DNA from: Octopus vulgaris
Lineage: Eukaryota
NCBI GenBank assembly: GCA_951406725.2
Contig: OX597839.1
Location: 620,001-684,000 of the forward strand
Direction of reading: 5' to 3'
Length of the DNA: 64,000 nt
Shown: one piece after another, positions 13,151 to 26,715 of the stretch
Position numbering within the stretch: position 1 is the stretch's first letter
How the letters are laid out: every line of letters begins with the position of its first letter
Notes under the pieces: generated by a model
What the model saw: the letters and a program-made list of their open reading frames with translations, nothing else
Database searches by the model: none
What the model was told of the DNA's origin: nothing
Made by a program: the position numbers and the translations under genes

Positions 13151-13516
13151 GTGAGCGAAACGTTTATTTCTCTTGTTTCCATTTTGAAAGAAGTTCACCT
13201 GCTTCATTCAAAGTTTACAGTTTAAATGTTTCAACGGCTTCTACTATCATCTTTTCTCTTCTACATGTTTCTGTCATTACACAGCGACCATGCTGGGGCA
13301 CCACCTTGAAGGATGTAAGTTGAACAAATTTAACAAGTTATATTTGTTTTAAAGCCTGGTACTTATTCTATCAATCTCTTTTGGTGAACCACTAAGTTCC
13401 GGGGAAGTAAAAACATCTACACAGGTTGTCAAGTGCTGGTGAGGCGAGCGACAATCACAGATACAAACACACACATACACACACACACACACACGCCTAT
13501 ATACAAATACGTATAT

Positions 13517-13712
13517 ATTTATTTACTGCCCACAAGGGGCTAGACATAGAGGGGACAAACAAGGATAGACACACAGATTAAGTCGTTTACACCGACTCCA
13601 GTGCGAAACTGGTACTTATTTAATTGACCCCGAAAGGATGAAAGGCAAAGTCGACGTCGGCGGAATTTGAACTCAGAACGTAACGACAGACGAAATACCG
13701 CTAAGCATTACG
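13517..13712 (-). mobile_element. SINE family B
   Basis: B box GAGTTCAAATTCC followed by GCCTTTCATCCTTTCGGGGTC...AAGTACCAG. Many copies in the window. Confidence 0.75.
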
Positions 13713-13955
13713 TATATACACACACATATGCACACACACACACATATATCTTCATGCAGGATTAGAAATGAATGCCCAGTGGACAGTCGATGTAACACCG
13801 AGGCTACGTTATACTAAGCAAAGGTAGTCACAAACTGAAGCAGCTCAAATAACAGTAACAACAATATCAACACAGAGACACCTACCAAAATCTATATCAG
13901 ATCTTGTGAATCCAAATTTAAAATACTTCTTTAACACTAATAAATGTCCAATACA

Positions 13956-14095
13956 TATATAGAACATGCTTCTTTCAGTTTCCGTCTACCAAATCCACTC
14001 ACAAGGCATTGGTCGGCCCTGCTATAGCCCCGGGCCGACCAATGCCTTGCGAGTGGATTTGGTAGACGGAAACTGAAAGAAGCCTGTCTATATAT

Positions 14096-14188
<93 letters not shown>

Positions 14189-14408
14189 TATGGTTGTGTT
14201 TGTGTGTCTGTGTTTGTCCCCCTAGCATTGCTTGACAACCGATGCTGGTGTGTTTACATCCCCGTCACTTAGCGGTTCGGCAAAAAGTGAGCGATAGAAT
14301 AAGTACTGGGCTTACAAAGAGTAAGTCCCGGGGTCGATTTGCTCGACTAAAGGCGGTGCTCCAGCATGGCCGCAGTCAAATGACTGAAACAAGTAAAAGA
14401 AGTAAAAA
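13956..14408 (+). mobile_element. SINE family A with inverted 5' end (hairpin)
   Basis: 13968-14019 is the reverse complement of 14032-14083. The tRNA head is missing. Confidence 0.8.
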
Positions 14409-14669
14409 GAAGAAGTCTCTCCTGAAAAAGTCTCAAAACCATTGCAATGCACCTTTGTACTTGAACAGCTGAGCTTCTGTAAACTTCGTGTTGTATGACT
14501 ATCAACATCTGAAAGAACATTTCAGTTGAAGTAGCGATAAAATTGCTGAATTGATGGATAACTTAGGTGATTCACATCTGCATAATTACTGGATCCAGAA
14601 TAAAGTGACGCCTGTCTAAAGCCATGTAATTCTTGGTGACATAATTTTCTCTTTTCCTTTTACTTTTAG

Positions 14670-14769
14670 GTAAAAGTGCAGAATATGGAAAATAACAAAA
14701 CATATTCCTGTATGTATATTTATAGAATAGTGCCTCCAGGTCCCGGTCATTTTTGTGTCTGGAGAAAAG
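14670..14769 (+). CDS. Modular protein exon 5 (module 2b: VKVQNMENNKTYSCMYIYRIVPPGPGHFCVWRK)
   Basis: Strong acceptor, 100 nt, phase 0 to 1, donor GTAAGT. Confidence 0.75.
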
Positions 14770-14880
14770 GTAAGTTTATAAAAGATATTGCTTATATTGT
14801 TTCTCTATATTATGAATCACTAGAAATTCATTGAAGAAGGGTTTTCTATGACTGAATGTATTTACTCTCTCTCTCTCTCT

Positions 14881-14917
<37 letters not shown>

Positions 14918-15534
14918 ACAATCATATATACATATACAAATATATATATATATGTATACCTATGACAGACTTCTTCCAGTTGCAGTCTATCAAATCCATT
15001 CACAAAGCTTGGCTCAGCCAGGTGCTATAGTAAAAGTCACTTACCCACAGTGTCATGCAGGTAACCTTCCTCAAATTTGAATTTGGAATGTTTAAATTCA
15101 AAACTCGCAGACACTGCAGAATAATATTATATTTGGTAATACTGACCAGAAGTATTTTGGCTTGATTCCTAAACTATATTATGATGTCTACCGATATTTT
15201 TCAGCAAGTCATCTTTGACATTGGATTGTTAGAGGCAGTGACAGATCGAAAGGAATGCTGAAGATTTGCTCCTTTGAAGGCATCATGAAACATTCCAGAA
15301 TGTTTTGATGGGTTCATAAAATCCCTGGGATTCAGATCTCTACAGAGACCTGTTTCTTTAGACTCTTCAAGAAAATGATCTTATTATCGATAAAGATATT
15401 TCTGACTTAGTGTTACAAATATATTGCCGTTTAATTAATTTTTAAAATAATGAAGAATTTAGTAAAAAAAATGTTCTCATTCTAAAGCTGGTGTCTGAAA
15501 CAAATTAATATAAAACTTTGATCAAAGATTATAG

Positions 15535-15739
15535 TTTACTCTTTTACTTGTTTCAGTCATTTGACTGCGGCCATGCTGGAGCACCGCCTTTAGTCGAGCA
15601 AATCGACCCCGGGACTTATTTTTTGTAAACCCAGTACTTATTCTATTGCTCTCTTTTGCCGAACCGCTAAGTGACGGGGACATAAACACACCAGCATCGG
15701 TTGTCAAGCAATGCTAGGGGAACAAACACAGACACACAA

Positions 15740-15802
<63 letters not shown>

Positions 15803-15965
15803 TACGACGGGCTTCTTTCAGTTTCCGTCTACCAAATCCACTCACAAGGCATTGGTCGGCACGGGGCTATAGCAGAAGACATTTGCCCAAGATGCCACTC
15901 AGTGGGACTGAACCCGGAACCATGTGGTTGGTAAGCAAGCTACTTACCACACAGTCACTCCTGCG
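15535..15965 (-). mobile_element. SINE family A
   Basis: Full-length match. Confidence 0.85.
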
Positions 15966-15989
15966 CTGTTTAGATCACTTTAAAACAGT

Positions 15990-16718
15990 AAATTAATGCA
16001 AGTCAACTGACAAGGATGTAAAAACTTGGGTAGCCAAAGCATGGTCGGCCCTAAACAAACTGGGTGTTGCCTGGAAATCAAGCCTGTCAGAGAAGATTTT
16101 CCCATACTGTGGTAGAGTCAGTCCTTTTATATGGAACAACAGCCTGGACACTTACCAAAACACTGGAATCCAAGCAAGATGGAACTTTCACCCAAATATT
16201 AAGAGCAGTCTTAAACATATCTTGGAGGACTTATCCGACCAAGAAACAGCTGTACGGAGATCTGCTGCCTGCTTACAACATTATAAGGGAAAGATGCTTG
16301 CACTTTGAAGGACATTGTTGTCGAGCTATAGAAGAGGTAGCAAATGACCTACTGCTATGGACATGACAGCAATGTTGTACTCAAGCTGGTCATCCAAACG
16401 CAATATATGTAGATCAACTCATCAGAGACACTGGATGCCGCCTCGAAGACTTCCCTCAACTAATGCAGGACTGAGGGGGATGGCATATACAGCTTAAAAG
16501 TTGGCGAGCTATAGAAGAGGTAGCAAGTGACCTACTGCTATGGACATGACAGCAATGCTGTACTCAATCTGGTCATCCAAGCACAATATATGTAGATCAA
16601 CTCATCAGAGACACTGGATGCCTCCTCGAAGACTTCCCTCAACTAATGCAGGACTGAGGGGGATGGCATATACAGCTTGAAAGTGTCCAAGCAATCTTAC
16701 CAGGTTATGAAGATGAAA
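15990..16718 (+). mobile_element. RTE-clade LINE 3' remnant with a ~183-bp tandem duplication
   Basis: VESVLLYGTTAWTLTK...QILRAVLNISW...RERCLHFEGHCCR is RTE RT C-terminal-like. Repeat units start at 16322 and 16505. Confidence 0.75.
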
Positions 16719-16929
16719 ACTGTAAGTTTGTAGATCCAGGCATGGTCTCAGGTGAGTTGGTATGAAAAGGGTTGAAGTTACCTTAGTGAAAACCTTTCAT
16801 TGAAATTGCATCTTAATTAATCTGACACCAGATTAATAACAGCTAAATTATTTAATATATTCTTCATTATTCTCAAAATTAATTGAAACAAAGCAGATTT
16901 CAGCAGAAATATGGTAATGAAAGGCATGG

Positions 16930-17300
16930 CTAGGTGTGGCTGTATGATAAGAAGCTTTCCTCCTAATCACATGGTTCCGAGTTCAGACCCAGTGTGGGAC
17001 ACTTTAGGCCAGTGTCTTCTACTGTAGCCTTGGGATGACCAAAGATTCTTGAGTGGATTTGGATACGGAAACTAAAAGAATACTGTCATGTGTGTGTGTG
17101 TGTGTCTTTGTGTCTGTGTTTTACCCCACCACTGCTTGCAATGTGGTGTTTGTGTGTTTACAACCCTGCAACTTAGCAGTTCACCAAAAGACGCTTTGAA
17201 AGACAAAATCAGTACTGGGCTTAATTCATTCGACTAAAATTTCTTCACGGTGGTGCCCCAGCATGGCCGCAGACTAATGATTGAAACAGGATAAAAGATC
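16930..17300 (+). mobile_element. SINE family A, older diverged copy
   Basis: Degenerate match to head, core and tail. Confidence 0.65.
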
Positions 17301-17422
17301 AAAGGTCAATGTTCACAAAATCAGTCACTTACTGTTGAGGAATAATTCAAATCTCAAAATGTCAAGTAATTCACCATTTTTTTCTCTTTTATTGCTGGAC
17401 ACATTTTGTTAATGAATTACAT

Positions 17423-17645
17423 ATTTCTTTACTACCCAACAGGGGCTAAACATAGAGGAGACAAACAAGGACAGACAAGGGGTTTTTAAGTCGATTACAT
17501 CGACCACAGTGCGTAACTGGTACTTAATTTATTGACCCCGAAAGGTTGAAAGGCAAAGTTGACCTGGGCGGAATTTGAACTCAGAACGTAACGGCAGACA
17601 AAATACCGCTAAGCATTTCGCCCAACGCGCTAACGTTTCTGCCAA
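17423..17645 (-). mobile_element. SINE family B
   Basis: Near full-length match. Confidence 0.8.
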
Positions 17646-17710
17646 TAGACACTGCACCATGTTTGTTATTGTTCGTTCTTCCTTTAATTATTTTCTTCTT
17701 TCTTCTCTAG

Positions 17711-17943
17711 ATTCCACATGGAATATAGAAATGACCTATCAATCCAAATATGTAAACGATTACGAAAGTATAATTTTTACTCTTAGAGTGACAGGCGGTG
17801 AAAAGAACTCTTCAGTAATTGTATCACTCGTAGAGTTGGCTTACGTCTCCGCTTTCACTAAGTTTTTCGATATTCCAAACGAGAACATCAGTGAGATTGA
17901 AATGGAATACAATGGCACTAAAAAACCTTTTGACATGACCAAA
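17711..17943 (+). CDS. Modular protein exon 6 (module 3a: DSTWNIEMTYQ...KPFDMTK)
   Basis: Strong acceptor, 233 nt, phase 1 to 0, donor GTAAGT. Confidence 0.75.
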
Positions 17944-18026
17944 GTAAGTAGCTTCACCCTCTTGAATTCTGTGTTTGCTTTTTCGTTCTTTCTCTCTGTC
18001 TTTCTTTCTTTCTGTCTGTCTGTCTC

Positions 18027-18061
<35 letters not shown>

Positions 18062-18070
18062 GTCTTTGAG

Positions 18071-18175
<105 letters not shown>

Positions 18176-18527
18176 CAATTGCAGCGTGGAAGGTGTTTGT
18201 AAGCCATTTAAGAAACACACAAAAGCCGTTCGATTCACTTCAACATTTAAGTTTAATTTGTCGAAATATTTTCGTCGCTTTAAGACCGCGACCTGTTCAC
18301 TGACGAAAATCCGTGCTGCTCAGATGCAGCACGGATTTTTGTCAGTGAACAGGTCGCGGATTTTAGCGACGAAAATGTTTTGACAAATTAAACTTAAATG
18401 TTGAAGTGAATCGAACGGCTTTTGTGTGTTTCTTAAATGGCTTACAAACACCTTCCACGCTGCAATTGATTTCGTTTAAGCACACGATCTCAGATCAAAT
18501 CACTTGCTATGCGAGTGCATCTCCGTA

Positions 18528-18530
<3 letters not shown>
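18176..18530. mobile_element. Fold-back element (~144-bp arms, 6-nt loop, ~60-nt one-sided tail) between microsatellites
   Basis: 18176-18319 and 18326-18468 are near-perfect reverse complements. Confidence 0.85.
18338..18387 (+). ncRNA. Hammerhead-like motif, G3:C8 variant (mirror copy on the minus strand at about 18257-18307)
   Basis: tttgtca-GTGAACA-G-GTCGC/loop/GCGAC-GAAA-ATGT-TT-tgacaaa. The mirror arm has palindromic AATATT. Confidence 0.5.
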
Positions 18531-18607
<77 letters not shown>

Positions 18608-18610
<3 letters not shown>

Positions 18611-18945
18611 AAGACGCATGGCTCAGTGGTTAAAGCGTCGAGCTTACGATCGTGAGGTTGTGAGCTCGAATCCCGGACCGGGCTGCGTGTTGTGTTCTCG
18701 AGCAAGGCACTTTATTTTACGTTGCTCCAGTTCACTCAGCTGTAGAAATGAGTTGCGACGTCACTGGTGCCAAGCTGTATCGACCTTTGTCTTTCCCTTG
18801 GATAACACTGGTGGCGTGGAGAGTGGAGGCTGGTATGCATGGGCGACTGCTGGCCTTCCATAAACAACCTTGCCCGGACTTGTGTCTAGGAGGGTAACTT
18901 TCTAGGTCAATCCCATGGTCATTCATGACCGAAGGGGTCTTTACC

Positions 18946-18948
<3 letters not shown>
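18608..18948 (+). mobile_element. tRNA-derived SINE family C
   Basis: A box TGGCTCAGTGG and a B-box-like GCTCGAATCC. Near-identical copy at 56026-56362. (TA)n flanks. Confidence 0.8.
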
Positions 18949-18992
<44 letters not shown>

Positions 18993-19400
18993 GTATGTAT
19001 GTATGTATGTATGTATATACGGAGAAAGAGAGATAGAGAGAGAGTAACCCATCTCTAACCATCTGAGTTACACTCCCCTTTTACAAAAGACCCAGCTCAC
19101 TCCGTCCCTTCATTAACCAACAGTCTGTATCCCGTCTGTATTCTCCCCTTCCTATCTCCTAAGAGTCTTACCTGGTATTGTATCACTATCACATTTAGCC
19201 CCTCCCAAGTACCCTTATATAATGTGTGGTAGTCATGTATCTCTTCTGTAGCAAGACAACTATGCTTGTCCCTCTATCATACTTTAGCCTTGGCACAAAG
19301 CCACCTGGCCACCCCTTTCAATCAACGTAGATGGTTGTATTGATTTAAACATGTCATATAACTAATCAACTTAAAAACAATTTTAAAAATCATTTTTCAG

Positions 19401-19494
19401 GTTGTCATGACAAAGATGCTTACGGGAGAAGAATATGGTTGTGTTGACATACATTGGACAAATTCACTGAAATGTTCTTGTAAAGTTAAAAAAG
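19401..19494 (+). CDS. Modular protein exon 7 (module 3b: VVMTKMLTGEEYGCVDIHWTNSLKCSCKVKK)
   Basis: Acceptor tttcAG, 94 nt, phase 0 to 1, donor GTAAGA. Confidence 0.75.
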
Positions 19495-19777
19495 GTAAGA
19501 TTTCATTGAACAACTAAATCAAACCATGTGGTCCCTCTTGTGGTCACGGCTATTAAAAGGGAACTAATCATTCTGTGAGAATTCAAAGCAGGATTAATAA
19601 TATTTTAAATTGAAATTAAGGAAATTTAAAGAAAGAGATACGTACGAGTCGCATATTTAATAAATTTTGTGTTTAACGCTTTTGAAATTTTTAAGTCATT
19701 GTCTTAACTCTTTAGCCAGTATTAGTTGAATAACAGCAGTCATACTGGGGAACCACCATATATTTATATAGAATATA

Positions 19778-19965
19778 AATTGTATTGTATTTTGAAAGTT
19801 TCTCTATTTCTTTTAGACAAACGTTGCCATCTGTTGGTATTGATACACCAATTAGAAAGTATCTTTTTCTTGATAATCTCTGACAACTATATCTGGCCTA
19901 TTGGCCTTAATTTCTTTATCTGTGTATATTGGCATATCCCATAGTATGGTGTCTTTATCTACTTT
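19778..19965 (-). mobile_element. Dong/R4 LINE restriction-like endonuclease remnant
   Basis: ILWDMPIYTDKEIKANRPDIVVRD, frameshift, FLIGVSIPTDGNVCLKEIEKLSKY. Confidence 0.75.
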
Positions 19966-20329
19966 TATTATTTCCATATAAATTTATAGTTTTCTTATTC
20001 CTTTTATGAATTTTCAACTTCTCTCTAATTCTAAAATTTTCTAGATCTTTATTATTACTAAGATGATTCAAGATATAGTAAACCTCATCTTTATATCCAG
20101 CTTCCAATAATGCATTTTAATCTATAACTTCCAATGTTATTATTTTAATTAAACTATTTTTTGTATTTATAAGTAAAACATTATTTTACTAAACATTCCA
20201 ACGAAAATTAAAATTATCAATACACATGGTAAATACCTTTTCCAAATTAGATATATTAATAAATCATAACGATATCGAGGATAACTCGCACGAACTCAAA
20301 TAAATAAAAACCTCAGCAATCCTACAACT

Positions 20330-21140
20330 AATGATATAGAAACCCCAATAGTATGATACGGTTGATTTAGCTTATATATATCTCCATTAGCCGAAAGCCT
20401 CGAAATACAAGTTGATATATTCTTAACAATTGAATTTATTATGCTACTAATATTATTAGAGATTTTATTTATCTATCGTAAGCATTCATTTGGCTTATGA
20501 ATAGGTTGGTATAATTCATTATGTAGATCAATGGTAATATCCAGAAAATTAACCCTAGTATCTTCATTTTCTAAACTAATAGAAAGAACAGATGCTGAAA
20601 GAATATATTACGAATGTTTCTATATTTTTCTAAATAAACCATACTAGATTTATATACATTGAAAAGAGCATCATCTCTATATAATCCACTTCCTAAATAA
20701 GGAAATTCATTATGTATGCAATAAAAAATATAAAAACAGCTCAATCGGTAACTTGCACCGAATCACTTGACCCCATTTTAATATTGAGAACATTGGGTCT
20801 ACCAGTTCTAGTCCAATATTTACCATCAAATTCAATAAAGGCTTTTCTAGCCACTAGAATTATATCAACATCACTTCTAGATAGATCCGAAATTTTCATA
20901 GCGAGAAGCAAAGTTTTATTCGATAGGATAGGGTTGATAGCTGACTAATAATTAGAAATATCCAACTGAATAAACTTAGTATGTTGTTTACTATTAATGT
21001 TAGAGAACCAATCAATAACGTCCAAAGAATTTGACCACAAACATGAACTAGTACGTTGTTTAAGCCTAGAAATATATTTATTAATGAATTTAATAATCTT
21101 ACAAATATCTGATTTAGATGGGCAAATCAATTTAACTATA
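20330..21140 (-). mobile_element. Penelope-like reverse transcriptase remnant
   Basis: ICPSKSDI, FIQLDISNY, IKMGSSDS, GLYRDD and VNFLDITIDL motifs, with stops and frameshifts. Confidence 0.8.
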
Positions 21141-21161
21141 TCTATATCTATCTACTTATCT

Positions 21162-21214
<53 letters not shown>

Positions 21215-21433
21215 GTGTGTGTGTGTGTGTGTGTGTATCTTTATATGTGTGTATGTCTGTATATATGAATATATGTATGTCTCTTCCACAAGGTTTCATA
21301 TTTGGGATGTAGTTAACACAGACAAATTCACATTTGAAACTATTTATTAATAATGAATTTAATAATCTTACAAATATCTGATTTAGATGGGCAAATCAAT
21401 TTAACTATATCTATACCTATCTACTTATCTATC

Positions 21434-21465
<32 letters not shown>

Positions 21466-21633
21466 GTGTGTGTGTGTATCTTTACATGTTTGTATGTCTG
21501 TATATATGAGTATATGTATGTCTCTTCTACAAGGTTTCATATTTGGGATGTAGTTAACACAGACAAATTCACATTTGAAACTTGAGAAAAAATCTTGCAT
21601 ATTATTGCTGTTCCGCTCACAGATTGCTTGTTC

Positions 21634-21664
<31 letters not shown>

Positions 21665-21773
21665 TGTATGTATGTATGTATGTATGTATGTATGTATGTA
21701 TGTATGTATGTATGTATGTATGTATGTATGTATCACACACTTAAAAGTCATATTTTCTAAATTCATATTTCAG

Positions 21774-22000
21774 CCAAGAAATGGCTGTTGAAAGTTATTT
21801 CTCCTGAGGTACATGAACGAACTTTCTCCGTAGAATTAATCCAAGACACGTTATCATCTTTCACTAATCATTTGACATGGAAGAATTTCGGTATGTATGG
21901 AGATGAGTTCATCAAATATTTTAACCTGAAGACCTATGAAGACAAAGAAATCACAAGCATAAATCTCCATTTTAAGAATGAATCTCTGAAAATCAATGAA
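21774..22000 (+). CDS. Modular protein exon 8 (module 4a: AKKWLLKVISPE...ESLKINE)
   Basis: Acceptor tttcAG, 227 nt, phase 1 to 0, donor GTAAAT. Confidence 0.7.
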
Positions 22001-22029
22001 GTAAATATATTTTCTTAACCTACTTTTGC

Positions 22030-22250
22030 CCTTTAGCATTTTAAACGGCCATATCTTACCCAACCCCAATATTCTCCGTTTTATGCTCAAATCATCCATA
22101 TCTGACCTCTCACACCTACCCTACAATCTCATTCTAGCAATAAACCATCACGCCATCGAAATCTTGAAGCTATGACATAATCTATGTTTATTTCAAAACA
22201 ATGTGAATCAATAAGCATTACATTTGACCGAGAAACCTGAATGTTAAAGT
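22030..22250. mobile_element. MITE-like element (CCCTTTAGCATT...AATGTTAAAG ends)
   Basis: Imperfect terminal inverted repeat. Interior is related to 770-850 and 4170-4330. Confidence 0.45.
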
Positions 22251-23470
22251 GAAAACATGTAGAGATGATAGGGAGTCAGGCTGCATGTTTCGTGGAAGAG
22301 AATTTCATACTTCAAAATCACTGGGTTCACACTTTCAGTGGGGCCAACTTTACTTCATGTTCTCTTCTGTATCATACTTATAATGAGGGATAGCCCTCGA
22401 CTTTACCCTCCCTCACAACAACCCTCACAACACAACCCACCCTCTCACCATTCAAATCCTTCTCCTCTTTTTCTTCACCCTGAAGCAAATCCCTCGCTTA
22501 TTTTGCTTCTTTACTCTCAAATATGCCATCCCTCATCCTTCTACTTGAAATCACCACTCACTCCCTTTTCTATTCCCCCTCACTTATAAGGTTACTTTAG
22601 GACCTTAATCTTGGAGTTATGAAGTGATCCTTGCTAGTGCTGGTGCCATGAACGAGAAGGTCACCCAGTAAACTCTGTAAAGTGGTTGGCATTAGGAAGG
22701 GCATCCAACCACAGAAACCATACCAAAGTAGACATTGGTGTATGATAGACCACCCTACCATCTTGTCAGGCCCTGTCAAATGTCCATCCTATTCCACTAT
22801 GGAAATCGGATGTTAAGTAGGACTATGGTAACGGTAGTGGAAGTAGTGGTGGTGGTGATGGTGGTGGTGGTGATAGTGTTGATCTTGGTGAAGATGATGA
22901 TGGTACTCATGGCAATGGTATACCTTACATATACAAGCAATGGGCGCAGTGTATAATTGCTGACCATTCTATTCATCTGCGGTACTAAATCCATATCCAT
23001 ATCGTCATTAGAGATTGTTAAGTCGCTCTATTCCTTAAAACCAAAAATGCTAATAACCTGTTGAGGGATATATCTGGTTTGGAGAAGCAGTAGAATCTCT
23101 TGTTAGATATGATTATTATTGATTGATTGATCTATTGATTGATGGATTGACTGACTTCGGATGAGGTTTGAGGGAAGTAAGAGTTTAATGTTTCTTTCCT
23201 TAAATCCCCTCACCCCACCAAAAAGTGCTCGGACAAACGACACCAACACCTTGACAAGATCAATTGATTGATTGACTTGAAATGAGGTTTGAGCGAAGAC
23301 GGGATTTAGTATTTCTCCTACCCGCCCTATTTCCACCAAATGACACTGACACAAATAAAAAAAATGCTCGGACAAACGACACCAACCCCTTGACAAGGAA
23401 CTGAGGTGACTCATAATCAGATCTCAAACAGCTGAGTTATCTTAACGATATTTCAAATCTATCATTTCAG

Positions 23471-23570
23471 ATAAGTATGATCAGCAATTACACAGAGTAT
23501 AAATTCAATAGAAACGAAGACAGCAGCACTCACAATTCCTCGGTGGCAGGATTCTCTCGTATAACAAAAG
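23471..23570 (+). CDS. Modular protein exon 9 (module 4b: ISMISNYTEYKFNRNEDSSTHNSSVAGFSRITK)
   Basis: Acceptor tttcAG, 100 nt, phase 0 to 1, GT donor. Confidence 0.65.
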
Positions 23571-24992
23571 GTATTTGGTGTATCTGAACTTGTCTCGTTC
23601 AACCCGTTTCTTACCATATTTCTGTTGAAATATTTTGTCTTTGTTTCAATTAGTTTCTAAAGTTAGGAAGAATTTCGTAAAATAGCTTTGCCATTATTAA
23701 GATGGGCGTTTGGGACAAAAATTTACATGGAATTTTGATGGAAGGTTTTAATTTAGCTCACTTTAAACAGGAAATTTGTATCATAGAACGAAAGGCAGTG
23801 TTGAGAAGGTTAGCATGAAAAGAGCTAAATTCTTTTTAAAATTTGAAATATCAGACATCAACATCCGTACAAACAGACAACACAAACACATAAAGACATA
23901 CACATATATACATACACGTATATACACACATATATTCATCGCATATACGCAGACATAAACTGGTTGAGTAGATAACGTAATGAACAGTCAACTGAAGGAT
24001 ATTTTCCAGCGGAAATCTAATCAAGAAGTGATTTTTTCAATGTCCAGGAATCAACAATGAAATCGTCTGAACTTTCCATTACAGAACAATGTGCAAAGTT
24101 AAATATAATGGTTTGAAGGTTTAGAATATTTGAAACTCAAAGTGGGGAAATGGGATTGTAATTATTGAGAGGGAGAGGCCACAACAAACTTGCAAATGAC
24201 CACAGTGCAAAATCTCTCGCTTCTTACACATCACGGACATGTGTGTAAGTTGCTATCATTTAGTGGAAATTTCGTTGGAAGCCAAGGAGAAGTTTTTAAA
24301 TAAAATAATCAAATGTTACGTCGTTGATAATATTTAACACACACAGACACACACACACAGACAGACACACATATGTTTATATATATTCTCAAAACATGAA
24401 ACCCGTGTCAGCTTGCAAATCTGACACTACATGATGATGAGGCCCACACATAGACATGTGTGGGCCTCATCATCATCCTCATCATCATTAAACTTCTTAG
24501 CACACACGGCTATGCGGTAAGAAGTTTACTTCCCAACCAAATGGTCAAGTGTTCAATAATAACCTCGAGCTGACCAAACCTTTGTGAGTGGATTTGGTAG
24601 ACGGAAACTGAAAGCAGCTTGCCGTGTGTATGAAGATATATATATATATATTACATACATTTTTCTCTCCTGGTTTCTCTCCTTGTTTTTTTTCTGTGTA
24701 TCTTTTTGTAGAAGAGCATAGGCTCGAAACGTAAAATACTTTTTCTATTCCTGAGCGCTATACTAATACATTTGTTTGTTTGTAAACCACCTGCCTTCGT
24801 CTTTTGTTTATTTTCATAAACTTTCCCTTTATATATACCTATATGTGCGTGTGCGCGTATGTCTGTGTCTGGGTATATACGTGTGTGTGAGTGTGTGTAT
24901 GTACGCGCACTCACACTTGTATTTGGATATGTAACAGAAAGTGATTGTTGGCATTATTTCCTCTTTCTTCTGGAAGTTTCCTTGTTTTTCCT

Positions 24993-25027
24993 GGTTCTGA
25001 AGAAGAGCTACGCTCGAAATGTAAAAC
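24993..25027 (+). ncRNA. Minimal hammerhead-like motif, canonical CUGAAGA core
   Basis: gtt-CTGAAGA-A-GAGC/tac/GCTC-GAAA-TG-TA-aaac. Duplicate at 32627-32661. Confidence 0.55.
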
Positions 25028-25133
25028 TACTACTCTTTTCTTTCTCTGCACATCTTATTAATACATTGCTTGTACAACGTTGTCGCGTTTGTTTGTTTTT
25101 TCTTTTTCTTTTTCTCTGCTTTTTTTTTTAATT

Positions 25134-25196
<63 letters not shown>

Positions 25197-25314
25197 TATA
25201 TATATATATATATATTCTTGCTTTTCCTGATATATATATATATAATGTACTTTATATCTTTCATAATTAGAATATGTAATAAATATATTGTTATATATAC
25301 ATATATATATATAA

Positions 25315-25364
<50 letters not shown>

Positions 25365-25381
25365 CATACATAAATATACAT

Positions 25382-25503
<122 letters not shown>

Positions 25504-26224
25504 TATGTATGTATATATAGCGTTCTCAAATCAATAATTATGTTCGTGCGTATTAAGGAGATCTTTATTGACTTTTAATGAAACCTTTCCTTTATTTTAT
25601 ATAGATAATTAATTCTAATGAAACAATTCTCGTCCTGAAAATAGGTAATTACAATTTTTCTTCATATCTTATCACATAGTTTTTTTTTCTAAACCTTTTA
25701 CAACCACAATATTTTGAGTTCAGTCCCACTTCATGATACCTTTGGCATGTCTCATAATTTAGCCCTGGGCCAACCAGTGCCCTGGGAGTTAATTTGATAG
25801 AAACTTTGTAATTATTCTCTGGGTGTGATTGGAAGGGTACCCACTTAATTTCAAGAATTGAAAATCTGAATCCCATTCTGTGACGGTTTGTTAGTTATGG
25901 AAACCAGCTGATGCCTCTCAAACATGGTTTTATAATAGGGGGGAGGGGCCAGTGCTGTTGTGAATCTGTGACAGAACAGAAATGAATTATTGAAGTAGGG
26001 ATTAGAGTTAGTTTACATTAAAGACTTCTTCATTTCCCTGAAAATGAATATAAACAAGGTTCATGCATTTCCTTATTGCACTGTGTTATAGCACAGGAAG
26101 TAAAGAGTTCAATTTACAATCACGATGGAAAGAGAAATCATTTGTATCAATGATAATCCATACAAAAAAAAGAACAGTAACAACTTCATGAGAGTGAATT
26201 CTATCTTCATGCAGTAGGGAGAGT

Positions 26225-26715
26225 GAAGGTGCCCAGTCCTTCCCCTTGAATTTGATAACTGATTTCCTCGCCACTAGAATAATGTCTACCTCTGCTCTTG
26301 TTAGTCCTGGGGTTTTCTTAGTAAACATAAGTGCCTTATTTAAAAGGGTAGGGTTTATTGAGATATAATAGTGAGTTATGTCTATTTGCTTGAACCTTAC
26401 TTTCTTTTTATCTGATAGTTTAGTGAACCAGTCGATTACCTCATATGAACTAGACCATAATTTAAGCTGAATGACCTTCCTAAGTGTGGGTATGTACTTA
26501 TCTGTGATACGCTCACTTATCCTACAAAGGTCCGATTTAGAGGGGCAAATGAGTTTAAGAGAAGGGTTAGTGTAAATGTCGAGTTAATGGATCTTAAGAT
26601 TAATTCTAGGCATTTTAGGTTTGTAATGTTCAGTTTAATCTTCTAAATTATATTTTTCATTTTTCCAAATATCTTTAGCTTGCGGGTTAAGTTGTGTAAG
26701 GTTTCGAGGGTTTGT
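26225..26715 (-). mobile_element. Penelope-like RT remnant (duplicate at about 33975-34470)
   Basis: LICPSKSDLCRIS, WSSSYEVIDWF, FKQIDITHYY and VDIILVARKS are homologous to 20330-21140. Confidence 0.75.

Noticed and set aside
15701-15934. Recurrent ORFs like [22 protein letters not shown]
   Set aside because: Antisense frames of SINE family A, not a protein family.
18608-18690. tRNA gene-like sequence
   Set aside because: It is the head of SINE family C and continues into a shared SINE body.
22735-22956. Hydrophobic Val/Met-rich ORF as the missing transmembrane exon
   Set aside because: Derived from (GGT/GAT)n repeats and lies upstream of exon 9.
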